This document shows, one piece after another, positions 31,867-41,734 of a DNA stretch of 64,000 nt. The DNA is from Candidatus Latescibacterota bacterium. Lineage in GTDB: Bacteria > Latescibacterota > CBDEFO01. The notes beneath the pieces were generated by a model that was not told where the DNA came from, did no database searches, and worked only from the letters and a program-made list of their open reading frames with translations. The stretch covers positions 1,536,001 through 1,600,000 of the forward strand of contig CBDEFO010000008.1 in assembly GCA_965237525.1 (NCBI GenBank). The letters are read 5' to 3'. Position numbers and translations under genes: made by a program. Position 1 is the first letter of the stretch. The number at the start of each line of letters is the position of its first letter.

Positions 31867-33282
31867 ATGACTCCAAAAGAGGTTCTGGACCTTTGTAAGG
31901 AAAAGGACATCAAGTTCGTCGATCTAAAGTTTACGGATCTTCCGGGACTTATGCAGCATTATACTATTCCTGTGCAGGAACTCACGGAAGATATATTCAA
32001 AGAGGGTTCTGGCTTTGACGGCTCGAGCATCAGAGGGTTTCAGGGGATTCAGGAAAGTGACATGCTGTTGGTTCCCGATCCTGACACGGCGGTTGTGGAC
32101 CCTTTTTGTTCCTATCCGACGTTGACTTTGATCTGCAACGTAATGGACCCTGTGACGGGGGAGTCGTACTCAAGGGACGCTCGATATGTGGCTCAAAAGG
32201 CGGAGGATTATCTTGGGTCTACAGGCATAGGAGACGCGAGTTATTGGGGTCCTGAGCCTGAGATGTATATACTTAACGACATAAGGTTCGATCAGACCCC
32301 GAACAGCGGGTACTATTTCCTGGATTCAGATGAGGGTGCGTGGAATTCGGGACGAGAAGAGAACCCGAATTTAGGACATAAGGTGAGGCACAAGGAGGGT
32401 TACTTCCCAGTGTCGCCTATGGATTCGCTTCAGGACCTACGCTCTGAAATAGCCTTAACAATGATGGACCTGGGGATTGGGATAGAGGTGCATCACCATG
32501 AGGTGGGCACAGCAGGTCAGGGCGAGTTCGACATGAAATTTGCCCCTTTGACCAAGATGTCGGATCAAGTTATGATCCTGAAATATGTGGTCAAGAACGT
32601 GGCAAAAAGGCACAACATGACGGCGACTTTCATGCCGAAACCGATATTTATGGATAACGGTTCGGGGATGCACGTTCATCAGAGCATCTGGAAGGACAAA
32701 AAGAACCTGTTCTTTGATCCTTCAGGCTATGCGATGTTGAGCGAGACGGCCCTTTTTTATATCGGCGGGCTTTTGAGGCATTCTCCCGCAATGTTGGCTT
32801 TTTGTGCTCCGACTACCAACTCTTACAGGAGGTTGGTGCCGGGCTACGAGGCTCCGATAAATTTAGCCTATTCTCAGAGAAACAGGAGCGCGTGCGTGAG
32901 GATCCCCACCTATTCCAAGAGCGAAAGGACCAAGAGAATAGAATATAGACCTCCCGATCCGAGCTGCAACCCGTATTTGGCTCTGGCCGCGATGCTTATG
33001 GCTGGATTGGACGGGATCCAGAACAGGATAGATCCGGGTGAACCGCTGGATAAGGACATTTACGACCTTCCACCTGAAGAGTTGGCAAAAGTCCCCTCAA
33101 CTCCTGGATCTCTGGATGCTGTACTTAAGGCCCTCGAAGATGACCACGAGTTCCTTTTGAAGGGTGACGTGTTTACGGAGGATCTGATAGAGACGTGGAT
33201 AGATTACAAGATGGAAAGGGAGGTAGATGCCGTCCGCCTGCGTCCTCATCCCTATGAGTTCTATCTTTACTTCGATATGTAA
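31867..33282 (+). CDS. glnA: glutamine synthetase type I
   Basis: FDGSSIRGF, HHHEV, FMPKP..DNGSGMH, NRSACVRIP, adenylylation-site motif DIYDLPPEE; ATG 31867 after GGGAGG. Confidence 0.98.
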   Translation: MTPKEVLDLCKEKDIKFVDLKFTDLPGLMQHYTIPVQELTEDIFKEGSGFDGSSIRGFQGIQESDMLLVPDPDTAVVDPFCSYPTLTLICNVMDPVTGESYSRDARYVAQKAEDYLGSTGIGDASYWGPEPEMYILNDIRFDQTPNSGYYFLDSDEGAWNSGREENPNLGHKVRHKEGYFPVSPMDSLQDLRSEIALTMMDLGIGIEVHHHEVGTAGQGEFDMKFAPLTKMSDQVMILKYVVKNVAKRHNMTATFMPKPIFMDNGSGMHVHQSIWKDKKNLFFDPSGYAMLSETALFYIGGLLRHSPAMLAFCAPTTNSYRRLVPGYEAPINLAYSQRNRSACVRIPTYSKSERTKRIEYRPPDPSCNPYLALAAMLMAGLDGIQNRIDPGEPLDKDIYDLPPEELAKVPSTPGSLDAVLKALEDDHEFLLKGDVFTEDLIETWIDYKMEREVDAVRLRPHPYEFYLYFDM

Positions 33283-33415
33283 GAACGTCGCATCTGACGT
33301 TTCTACTTTGAGGTTCCTACCGAAACAACAGGAGCCATCTTACAAAAATGCCCAGGTGGCTCCTTTAATTGCAGGCAATTACAAACTTCACCTTTCCGCT
33401 CACAGGTTGCGTGTG

Positions 33416-34093
33416 TTATCGGTCGAATATCCTTTCTATCTCATCTAAATCGCAGTCTTCAAGGTCCTCAATCACCAAGTCTGCTGAAGCGAGTTTCTCC
33501 GCAGGATACGAATTCGTCACAGCCAAACACTTCATACCTGCTTCCTTTGCAGCCTGGACTCCATGAATGGAGTCCTCTACAACTAAGCACTCCCAGGCTT
33601 CAAGCGCACATTGCTTTTCCCTGAGGAGTTTCAAGGCTTTAAGAAAGGACTCAGGATCTGGCTTTCCGTTTTTCACGTCCTCTGCGCCCACCACCTGGTC
33701 GAACTCGTCTCTTAGCCCAAATTTGTTTAAGCCAAATTCTATCTCGCCTTTTCTGCTTCCCGAGGCAATCGCTAAAGGGAACCTCTTGGACACCTTCTTG
33801 ATAAAATCTACTGCACCGGGCAAGGCTGTAAGATGGTCTTTTATAAATTCGTTGAAGTAACGGGACTTCCGGGCGATTAGATCCTCTATCACAGCCTCAT
33901 CCGCTCTTCTCCCATTATCTTGCAACACAGCGCAGAAACATCCTCTGTCATCCATTGCAAGATACTTAGCGAAGTAGTCCTTTTCCCTAAGTGTAATACC
34001 CTCCTGGTCTAAGACCCTCTGAAACATCTTTAGGTGAATAACCTCACTGTCCACGATGATTCCGTCATAGTCGAAGATAATAGCCTTGAGCAC
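33416..34093 (-). CDS. HAD-family phosphatase (beta-PGM/CbbY-like)
   Basis: IFDYDGIIVDSE, IASGS, KPDPE, VEDS..GVQAA..AGM. Confidence 0.92.
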   Translation of the reverse strand: MLKAIIFDYDGIIVDSEVIHLKMFQRVLDQEGITLREKDYFAKYLAMDDRGCFCAVLQDNGRRADEAVIEDLIARKSRYFNEFIKDHLTALPGAVDFIKKVSKRFPLAIASGSRKGEIEFGLNKFGLRDEFDQVVGAEDVKNGKPDPESFLKALKLLREKQCALEAWECLVVEDSIHGVQAAKEAGMKCLAVTNSYPAEKLASADLVIEDLEDCDLDEIERIFDR

Positions 34094-34143
34094 ATAATCC
34101 TCTACATAGAGCCTAACAGCTTTGTGGAAAAGCAGTCTAAGCC

Positions 34144-34229
34144 AGATTGCTTCGCGTTGAACCCTCCCCGATTGACTCTATCGGGGATCAATCATTCGGG
34201 GGCAAGCCACGAGGTGGGCGAAGCAATCT
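34144..34229. repeat. intergenic palindromic repeat (AGATTGCTTCGC...GCGAAGCAATCT) with internal 23-bp hairpin
   Basis: 12-bp perfect IR flanking TCCCCGATTGACTCTATCGGGGA. Confidence 0.6.
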
Positions 34230-34366
34230 CAATTCCGTTGTTGAAACGATCCTAACTTCCAAAAGAAAAATACTCAATGACCCTGTCATGAAGAAAGTAG
34301 CAGCATGCAGGAGGGAAGCGGTGCACCTGTCCCGGATGGATTCAATCGGGGACCTGTCTACTTGTA

Positions 34367-35323
34367 TTAAAGGTGGTCTTTGATCGCCTCTATTAGACGG
34401 GATTTAACATCTTCCGGCATTCCGTCTATCTGACATCCCGCTGCGTTAGGATGTCCTCCTCCACCGAATTCTTTGGCGATCTGGCTGACATTTACCTTAT
34501 CGCTCGACCTCAAGCTGACCCTGAATCTGCTTTGTTCGTATTCTTTGAAGAAGAGCGAGACTTCTACACCTTCTATAGAGACTACGTAGTCCACAAATTG
34601 ATCCGCATCTTCGTTCAGTCTGTAATCACTGTTCCTCAACATTATGGAACATACCCTGCCGTCCAAATGTACGTCCAGCGAATTTAAGGCCTTGCCTAAC
34701 ATCACCACAGACTCAAGCGTCCTGTTTCCGTAGACAGCCTTGGCAATAAAATTCGGTTTCGCACCGTTTCTTACCATCTGGGCGCAGATGTTCAAGGCCT
34801 CTTCGGAGGTATTGGAGAACATAAACCTGCCCGTGTCAAACATTATGCCTGTGTATATGCACGACGCAAGCTTTTCGTCAAATTCCATTCCCAACTCCAT
34901 CACGATCAGGTATATTATCTGAGCTGTAGCACTTGCATGGGATTCAATTAGGTTTAGTGTCCCGTATTGCGTATTGCTTTCGTGGTGATCTATGTTCAAA
35001 ATAGATGCATTTTCCTCTATAATTTGGGCTACCGTCCCTGCCCTTTCCGTGCTTGGAGTATCCAGAAGAATGACCTTTTGCGCCTTATGTCTATCTAACA
35101 TCTCATCTTTGAAACTTGCTATTTCCCCAAATCCCGGAAGAAAGTCGTACTTATCATCAGGACGCTTGTCGTGAAGGATCATCCTGAAGTTTTTCCGCAT
35201 TTTCTTCAGGATGATCCTAAACGCCAAGACTGAAGCGATAGCGTCTCCGTCTGCGTTCAAGTGAGAGGAGACCAAAAAGTTGTCATTTTCCCGCAAAAAG
35301 GTCCTGGCCCCTTTGATGTCCAT
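34367..35323 (-). CDS. nrnA: DHH/DHHA1 phosphoesterase (oligoribonuclease/PAP phosphatase)
   Basis: H..ADGDA, IDHH, DTGRF, SLRS, GGGGHPNAAG. Confidence 0.9.
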   Translation of the reverse strand: MDIKGARTFLRENDNFLVSSHLNADGDAIASVLAFRIILKKMRKNFRMILHDKRPDDKYDFLPGFGEIASFKDEMLDRHKAQKVILLDTPSTERAGTVAQIIEENASILNIDHHESNTQYGTLNLIESHASATAQIIYLIVMELGMEFDEKLASCIYTGIMFDTGRFMFSNTSEEALNICAQMVRNGAKPNFIAKAVYGNRTLESVVMLGKALNSLDVHLDGRVCSIMLRNSDYRLNEDADQFVDYVVSIEGVEVSLFFKEYEQSRFRVSLRSSDKVNVSQIAKEFGGGGHPNAAGCQIDGMPEDVKSRLIEAIKDHL

Positions 35324-35338
35324 GAAACGACTGCCTCC

Positions 35339-35791
35339 TCATTCCAATTCGTCTATTTTAAACGCCAGCTCTTTTAATGCCTTTTCGTCCTCAGACAGGA
35401 CCTCCGTCCTCCACTCCCCTATCCACCTTCTGGGAATAGCTTTGCTGCTCCATGTTCTCCACCTCTGGGACCTTACGTAGAGTCTTATCCTGAATACCTC
35501 CTCATCCTTGTAGTACCATACGTGCTCTACATAAGTCATTTTCTTTGTACTCATGACCTCTGTAAAGAAGTAGAGTCTCCCCACACTCGCTCCGAAAACG
35601 GAGTCAGGCTCTACGGGTTCTCTGTCCTTGACGCCCACACATATCAGAGCGCGCTTTATATAAATGGAATCCGCCTCTGTAGAAGATGTATCATCTTGGA
35701 CGTCGGTTTGTGCCCAGGATAAGCTTGAGAGCAAAACAGAGGCAATCCCGAACAGCCTTACGATAAGCTTCATAACCTCATTTCCCTTCAA
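35339..35791 (-). CDS. DUF2914-like exported protein
   Basis: Signal peptide, V.DREP, LYFFTE, HVWY, RWRTWSSK, GEWR. Confidence 0.8.
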   Translation of the reverse strand: MKGNEVMKLIVRLFGIASVLLSSLSWAQTDVQDDTSSTEADSIYIKRALICVGVKDREPVEPDSVFGASVGRLYFFTEVMSTKKMTYVEHVWYYKDEEVFRIRLYVRSQRWRTWSSKAIPRRWIGEWRTEVLSEDEKALKELAFKIDELE

Positions 35792-35961
35792 CTATTCACA
35801 CTGTCTTTTCGGAGAAAGCGCTGATTCCTCTGGAGTTGTTGAATCTGGCAATATAAGAAAATATCGATCTAAGAGCAAGGGATTTCGATCTTCTCGATTT
35901 TCATCTACCGCATGGGGATAGGATAGATTATTATGGCAGACAATAGAAGTTTTTAGCTGCA

Positions 35962-37007
35962 CTACGCTGCTTGAGCGTTTGGGTCATAGTAGTCGAACAG
36001 GTCTTTTTTGGGCAGATCCTCGGGAATCTCTCTGTAGACCTCAAAGCGGGGATTGCAGATAAGAGAACTTAGGTCATCGCACTGTACGACTTTCTTGCCC
36101 TTTATCTCCAGAACTTCAACATCGTCCAGGCTCTCAGGAACGATTCCTCTTTCCATGCCGATCTTCAGATAGATAAGCTTGCTCACATCAAATCCCATAA
36201 GACACCCTCCGACAAGGTCTACAGACGGCATATCACTTCCTGCTATGACGAGTCCGCAGGAAAAGTTTCTGCCAAGATAAAAGGCGTTGCCATCTCTGCC
36301 TACGACTCCCTCTATGATGTTGAAGTCCGGTTGGAGGGCCAAGTAAAGGTCCCAATGCAGATGAGCTATAGCGGTTTGCCATCTGTTGTGGTTCTCCTGG
36401 TTCTTTCGCTCTATCCGTTGCTCTGGGAAAGCTATTTTACTGGCATCCCAGCAGAGGTGTCGGTCGCACGCAGGGATCATCACTCCCTGCTGATTCTTGC
36501 CGCACAGTGTGATGATGCTTAAGTTGTGAGTTTTGAACTTGGGGACGTTTATGTAGAAGACGTCATCTGATTTTGCCCAGCGGGATATACCGATGTCGTT
36601 CCTCAGCACTGTACCCTCTGGTCGCACTCTCACGTTGCCGTAGTCACAAAGATCGATGAGATGGAGATTTTTCTCCTTTGCCATCTGGCTATAGCCGCTC
36701 CTACCCAATAGCGCTCTTTCTCCTGCAAAGTCCGCACGTCGAGGGCCTCAGCGACTAGTATATCTTCACACTTGATGCCCTTTGTATCAACAAAGTAGTC
36801 GGCTATCCCACCGACAAAAGCAGGATGGGTCACTATACCGCTCTCCCTGGGGCTTCCTCCAGTTACGTTCGGCTTCATCATCACCAGTCGTCCACCGGGG
36901 CTTACATCCAGGGCTCTTAGCATCTCTTTTGCCATATCTTCAAAGTACCCGTCCCTCACCGGATCTTGAATGTTGCGCTTGAGCACATATACCTCTGGTC
37001 TGGACAT
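35962..37007 (-). pseudogene. DUF362-family protein, single frameshift near 36705
   Basis: MKPNV...GIVTHP.FV..VAE in the 5' frame; INVPKFKTH...TLCGKNQQG, IIEG..G.DG, DLVG..LMG in the 3' frame. Confidence 0.8.
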
Positions 37008-37058
37008 ATTAGTCTCCGTTTCATTGAGCACCGGACGATTCTTTGCGATGATTAAGCA

Positions 37059-39527
37059 CTATTTCTTATCCTTTTTCGGTGTCTCTCCATTCTCTGACCC
37101 AAAGTCCTTCAATTTTTCGGTCAACTCTCTTAAACGTTGATCTACCAGGAAGTTGACCGTTCCCTCCGGGTAAGCGCGGTCTTTTCTCTCCTCTCCGGCT
37201 TCGACTCCAGTGAGAATTTCTGCCCCTTGATCAATGGTCTTTACGGGGTAGATATGGAACTTTCTCTCGGAAACGGCTTTGACGACATCTTTCCTGAGCA
37301 TAAGGTCGGGGATGTTCAAATAGGGGATTATCACGCCCTGCGTTCCGGTGAGGCCCCTAGTTCTGCACACATCGAAGAAGCCTTCTATCTTCTGGTTGAC
37401 GCCTCCTATGGGTTGGATTTCACCTTTCTGATTGACCGAGCCTGTAACCGCAAGGTCCTGCCTTAGCGGCAGTCCTGCGAGGCTGGAGAGGATAGCATAG
37501 ATCTCTGTGGACGATGCGCTGTCTCCGTCAATTTCGCTGTAGGACTGCTCGAAACAGAGGCTTGCGCTCATCGTCAGCGGCATCTCCTGTGCGTACTTGC
37601 CTCTCAGGTATCCGCCGATTATGAGGACGCCCTTATCGTGAGTCTTGCCCGAAAGGTCCGCTTCTCTGTCTATGTTGATTATGCCTGATCTTCCAAGAGA
37701 CGTCTCGGTGGTGATCCTTGTGGGTTTTCCGAAGGAGTGCTCTGCAAAGCTGTAGACCGCAAGTCCGTTGACCTGTCCGACCTTTGTGCCCTCTGTATCT
37801 ATCATTATGGTCCCTTCGTCTATCCTCTCCTTCAATTTGTCCTCTATGAGGCTGACCCTCTCTATTTGTTCCTTTATGGCTTTGTCCACGCGTCTTTCAC
37901 TTACACAGTCCGCGCCGTCCTGTCCTGCCCAGTAGTCGGCTTCTTTTATCACGTCCGCTAAGTTGTTGAATCTGGAGGACATCTTGTTCTGTCTTCCCGC
38001 CATCTTGACTCCGTATTCTACGACGACGGCGACGCTTGTCTTGTCAAAGGCTCTTAGATTCTCCTCGTCGCATATCTTGCGGATAAAGCAGGCGTACTGG
38101 AGTATGCTGGTCTGGTCTTTGTCCATAACGGAGTCGAAGTCGGCTCTGACTTTGAAGATCTTTTTGAAATCGTCGTCCTGGTGGTACAAGAGATAGTAGA
38201 TGAACGGGTCGCCGACCATTATGACCTTTACATCCACGTCTATGGCTTCCGGCTTTAGGGCAGATGGGGTGAAAAAGTGGACAGGATCGTACGTCTGGAT
38301 CTCAACCTTCTTATTCTTAATAGCTCTTTTGAGGGTCAGCCAACTCCCGGGTTCTATCAGCACGTCCTGGGCGTTGAGTATGAGGTAGCCCCCGTCCGCC
38401 CGTACGTAGGAGCCAGCTTTGATCTTGGTGAAGTCGGTTCTCCACTGACCAGATCTATCGAAGACATTTTCGATGGTGCCGAACAGATTCTTGTAGGAGG
38501 GAGAATTCTCCGTGATAATGGGAGCGCCCTCTGTGTGGGAGTTGTCGACTATGACGTTTACCTTATACTCCAAGAATTCATCTTTTTGCTGAGGGAGCGC
38601 AAGACCGGGGATCGCAGGTGCAGACTGCTTATCGTCGGACTTTTCCCTGAATCTGTCCAGGTCTTCGATGATGCTTTCGCTGACCTCTTCCAGATACTCA
38701 TCTATCTTTTCATCTTTGTACTTCTCCGAAATTTCAGATATGGAGTGCACGACCAAGGGCATAACAGCTTCGTTGTCCACCGATGCAATCTCTTCTTTGA
38801 TCGTCTTTTCTATGTTTCTGGTCTCTTTGAATATGTTCTCAAGTTCTGCAGACAGGCTGTGGTATTTTTCCTTTAAGGCGTCAACGTCAGATTTTGAAAA
38901 TTCGCCTTTATCTACTGCCTTTTCGAGCTGGTCAAAGCTCAAGGTGTTCCCGCCGATCACAGGGACGATATCGGGCCTTGTGTAGGGACCGAGCTGAACT
39001 TGAACGAGCGAGAAGTTCTGCTGGTTGACTTTCCTTCCAAACTCTCTGACCATCTCCTTTTCTTGATCTCTCAGATGTTCTATCGTCTCTTTTTTCTTGT
39101 TCTGGTGGTCTTCGCTTTCGAGTATCTTAGGGATGTTGGTCCGTAAGGATTGGATCAGGTCGTCCATATCCTTTCTAAATCGACTTCCCCCTCCGGCGGG
39201 CAGCTTAATGACCCTGGGCATGTCGGGGTTTTTGAAGTTGTTTACGTAGCATTTGTCGCTGGGAGGTATGCGCTCTTTTTCCTTCCCTTTCAGGAGTCTA
39301 TACACGGAGGTGGCTCTGCCTGTCCCTGAAGCCCCGGTCGCGAATATATTGTATCCTGAACTTTTTATGTCCAGACCTAGTTTGATGGCTTTGACAGCCC
39401 TTTCCTGACCAAGTATATCCACGCACGCTGTCAGATCGTCTGTGGTCTCCATGTTAAGATCGTCGGGATTGCATCTCCACCTGAGCTTTTCTATTGAAAC
39501 CTCTTCGAAGTGCGTCTTTTCCAACAT
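37059..39527 (-). CDS. Lon-type ATP-dependent protease (LonC/AAA_32-like, S16 domain)
   Basis: GQERA, G.SGTGR, GQVNGLAV, FEQSYSEIDGDSASSTE (catalytic Ser), GGVNQKIEGFF (Lys). Confidence 0.92.
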   Translation of the reverse strand: MLEKTHFEEVSIEKLRWRCNPDDLNMETTDDLTACVDILGQERAVKAIKLGLDIKSSGYNIFATGASGTGRATSVYRLLKGKEKERIPPSDKCYVNNFKNPDMPRVIKLPAGGGSRFRKDMDDLIQSLRTNIPKILESEDHQNKKKETIEHLRDQEKEMVREFGRKVNQQNFSLVQVQLGPYTRPDIVPVIGGNTLSFDQLEKAVDKGEFSKSDVDALKEKYHSLSAELENIFKETRNIEKTIKEEIASVDNEAVMPLVVHSISEISEKYKDEKIDEYLEEVSESIIEDLDRFREKSDDKQSAPAIPGLALPQQKDEFLEYKVNVIVDNSHTEGAPIITENSPSYKNLFGTIENVFDRSGQWRTDFTKIKAGSYVRADGGYLILNAQDVLIEPGSWLTLKRAIKNKKVEIQTYDPVHFFTPSALKPEAIDVDVKVIMVGDPFIYYLLYHQDDDFKKIFKVRADFDSVMDKDQTSILQYACFIRKICDEENLRAFDKTSVAVVVEYGVKMAGRQNKMSSRFNNLADVIKEADYWAGQDGADCVSERRVDKAIKEQIERVSLIEDKLKERIDEGTIMIDTEGTKVGQVNGLAVYSFAEHSFGKPTRITTETSLGRSGIINIDREADLSGKTHDKGVLIIGGYLRGKYAQEMPLTMSASLCFEQSYSEIDGDSASSTEIYAILSSLAGLPLRQDLAVTGSVNQKGEIQPIGGVNQKIEGFFDVCRTRGLTGTQGVIIPYLNIPDLMLRKDVVKAVSERKFHIYPVKTIDQGAEILTGVEAGEERKDRAYPEGTVNFLVDQRLRELTEKLKDFGSENGETPKKDKK

Positions 39528-39640
39528 TTCTTCGTAACCTCCTTCAAATACACCCTCTACTTACAGGAACTGTTAGTATCCGGGTTGAGTCTCCCCATTG
39601 TCAATGCCAAAGTATTTAATCTGTGAAAAGTAGTCCTGGC

Positions 39641-40081
39641 TCACATCGACAGGGCGACTTTGAATTTTATCACATAGATAATGCCTGTCGAAAGAACGGT
39701 CACGGCGGCGATGATGAATCCTGAAGGGACAGAAAGGCTTGCTCCACTTTCTACATCCCCTTGAAGGTTCTTGATCTTTCTTGAGGTATATACATCTATT
39801 ATTATCAAAAGTACTACTAACAGAAGTTTAGTCAAAAGCCAGTGATTAGTGAAGGGATTGTAGTGGCGTATTAAGATAAGTGCAATTCCCAGCACTAAAG
39901 ATAGTGCGGCGCCCGGCATCTGTACAGCTAGGTAGAGTTTGCGCTGAACGGATAGTAAATAGCTCCTGTTTCCCCCCGATTCTCCAGAACTCAAGGAAAA
40001 TATAAAGCCCTGTGCTAACAGCGTTCCTGCCCAGGCTATTACTGATAGTATATGGAGTGTCAGACAGAACTGATATAGCAT
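39641..40081 (-). CDS. HemJ/CopD-family membrane protein
   Basis: LHILSVIAW.G.L, LY.....P, WLLTKLLLV; 4 TM. Confidence 0.7.
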   Translation of the reverse strand: MLYQFCLTLHILSVIAWAGTLLAQGFIFSLSSGESGGNRSYLLSVQRKLYLAVQMPGAALSLVLGIALILIRHYNPFTNHWLLTKLLLVVLLIIIDVYTSRKIKNLQGDVESGASLSVPSGFIIAAVTVLSTGIIYVIKFKVALSM

Positions 40082-40147
40082 TATGATCTACTCCATCATT
40101 ATAAGAGGAAATATTGAAATTTATGTTCGATTGCAAGTTGCGACGCC

Positions 40148-40520
40148 CACTCCGAGAGGGTTGCACAGCCAGATCCGTATCTACAAGCGACTTAGGGGCT
40201 TTTCTTGACAGAGAAACTGCCCAGAGGCCAGAAAGGCCGCAAATGCCCACCCGGACAAGCTTGAGTCGGTACTTAAGCTCAGGTATAGAAGGGAGGCCAC
40301 TAGCTATATTGGTCTATCGAGACCCTCTGGCTAAGCCCGCCCAGAGCCCTCTTGTGGCGACTTCTGAAAGGCCCCCTTTTGGACTCCGAGGGGAACTCCA
40401 AAATGTCCAGGAGAGCCAGGAATGTCCCCGCTTGAATCTATCGGGGATGAATCATCTGCCGGATTTCTAATATCCTAATACTGGTGCGAACCCTGTGCAA
40501 CTGTCACACCACTCGGGGTG
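40148..40520 (+). ncRNA. candidate large structured non-coding RNA (class not recognised)
   Basis: Four nested long-range helices closing at least seven internal helices; non-Watson-Crick positions read as G-U on the plus strand. Confidence 0.5.
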
Positions 40521-40631
40521 AACTTATTGGCAAAAAGTCCTTGACAATACGAAATCTCGCCTTAGATTTAAGGTTGTCTATATTCTCCTATCAGAATATA
40601 CGGTAAGTTGCTCTGACAGCTCACGAAGGAG

Positions 40632-41654
40632 TCAAGCTGGAAACTCCTCCGGATCGGATTTTTCCAGGAAGTAGACCATCACATACTCCTCCGCCGTTCG
40701 CTTTGGGCCCGGCAGGTTGCCCACGCGGCGCGCCAAGGCTTCAAGGTGACGTTTGACGAAGAACATGTAGAATTGCGTGGCAAAGTCAGCCGACTCATGA
40801 GCGTGCAGGGAGAGATCCGACAGTTCTTCGATATCCTCAACGCCGATGGCCTTACGGTTGACAGTTCGCATCTTGTCCTTTAGGGCTCCCAGGTCCTCTG
40901 TCGAGACACCCAGGAGGAACTCCCGGAAGGCGTTGGTCTCATCCTCTGTGCAGTCGGTCTTGGAGAAGTATTCGATAAAGTGAGGGTCACATCCTTCTCT
41001 CAATAAAGAGAATATTTCGGCTGTTCCTGTCAGCGTGCCAAATTGGACCATAATTTTGCGTCTGGCCTCCCAGGTGGCCTTGAGGAGGGGGAAGAACTCT
41101 TGCAGGTGTAACGCAGAGCGGTCTTCCCAGATGTGGATCAAAGCCTTGGTGCCCTTTTGGGAGATGGTGAGCTCTAGCTCACTGTCACAGACGATGGCTA
41201 TCAGAAGATCCTCGGTTACTTTTGCGTAGATGTTCTCGCCGATCAGCGCCTCGATGTCTCTGTCAATAGCGGAAAAGTCGTCGCGGTCGGACAGCGCCTC
41301 ATTGGCGACGTAGCGCAACAGGCGGAAAAAATTAATGCGAGACATCAGGTATGTCTGTCCGGCGATAGCTCGCATCGGCAGTATCATATCTACGGTGAAG
41401 AGCGTTGCCTTTGATATCGTCTGGATCAGTGAAGATAGATCGCGCTGGCGATGACCTAACTTTTGGCGCTTGAAAAGGGAGGGGTAGTGAGAAATAAGAG
41501 CGCCAATGTCCTTAAGTTGATCTGCCTGGCTCTCTATGGCGTGCTCCAGTTCCAGTTGGTCGTCTCCTGTTGCTTGTAAGGCATCAAGTATTTTGTGGAT
41601 TATCCGACGCTCATGGGGGCTGAAAGCGGGGATGTCAATATGGCTCTTTTCCAT
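40632..41654 (-). CDS. hypothetical alpha-helical protein
   Basis: 340-aa ORF with plausible composition; ATG 41654 lies just behind TTGACT-N16-TATCTT (possibly leaderless). Confidence 0.75.
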   Translation of the reverse strand: MEKSHIDIPAFSPHERRIIHKILDALQATGDDQLELEHAIESQADQLKDIGALISHYPSLFKRQKLGHRQRDLSSLIQTISKATLFTVDMILPMRAIAGQTYLMSRINFFRLLRYVANEALSDRDDFSAIDRDIEALIGENIYAKVTEDLLIAIVCDSELELTISQKGTKALIHIWEDRSALHLQEFFPLLKATWEARRKIMVQFGTLTGTAEIFSLLREGCDPHFIEYFSKTDCTEDETNAFREFLLGVSTEDLGALKDKMRTVNRKAIGVEDIEELSDLSLHAHESADFATQFYMFFVKRHLEALARRVGNLPGPKRTAEEYVMVYFLEKSDPEEFPA

Positions 41655-41734
41655 AGCTGTTAAAGATAACAAACTTTATCTCGTAGTCAAGGATTTTTAT
41701 CTTGGGAAATCCAAGTTGCAAGGAGGACATCTCC

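Noticed and set aside
40148..40520. RNase P RNA, tmRNA, retron msr-msd or MITE as identity of the structured region
   Set aside because: No GAGGAAAGUCC, no tRNA-like ends, no reverse transcriptase nearby, no target-site duplication; the overlapping ORFs 40114-40470 and 39846-40250 look like non-coding translations
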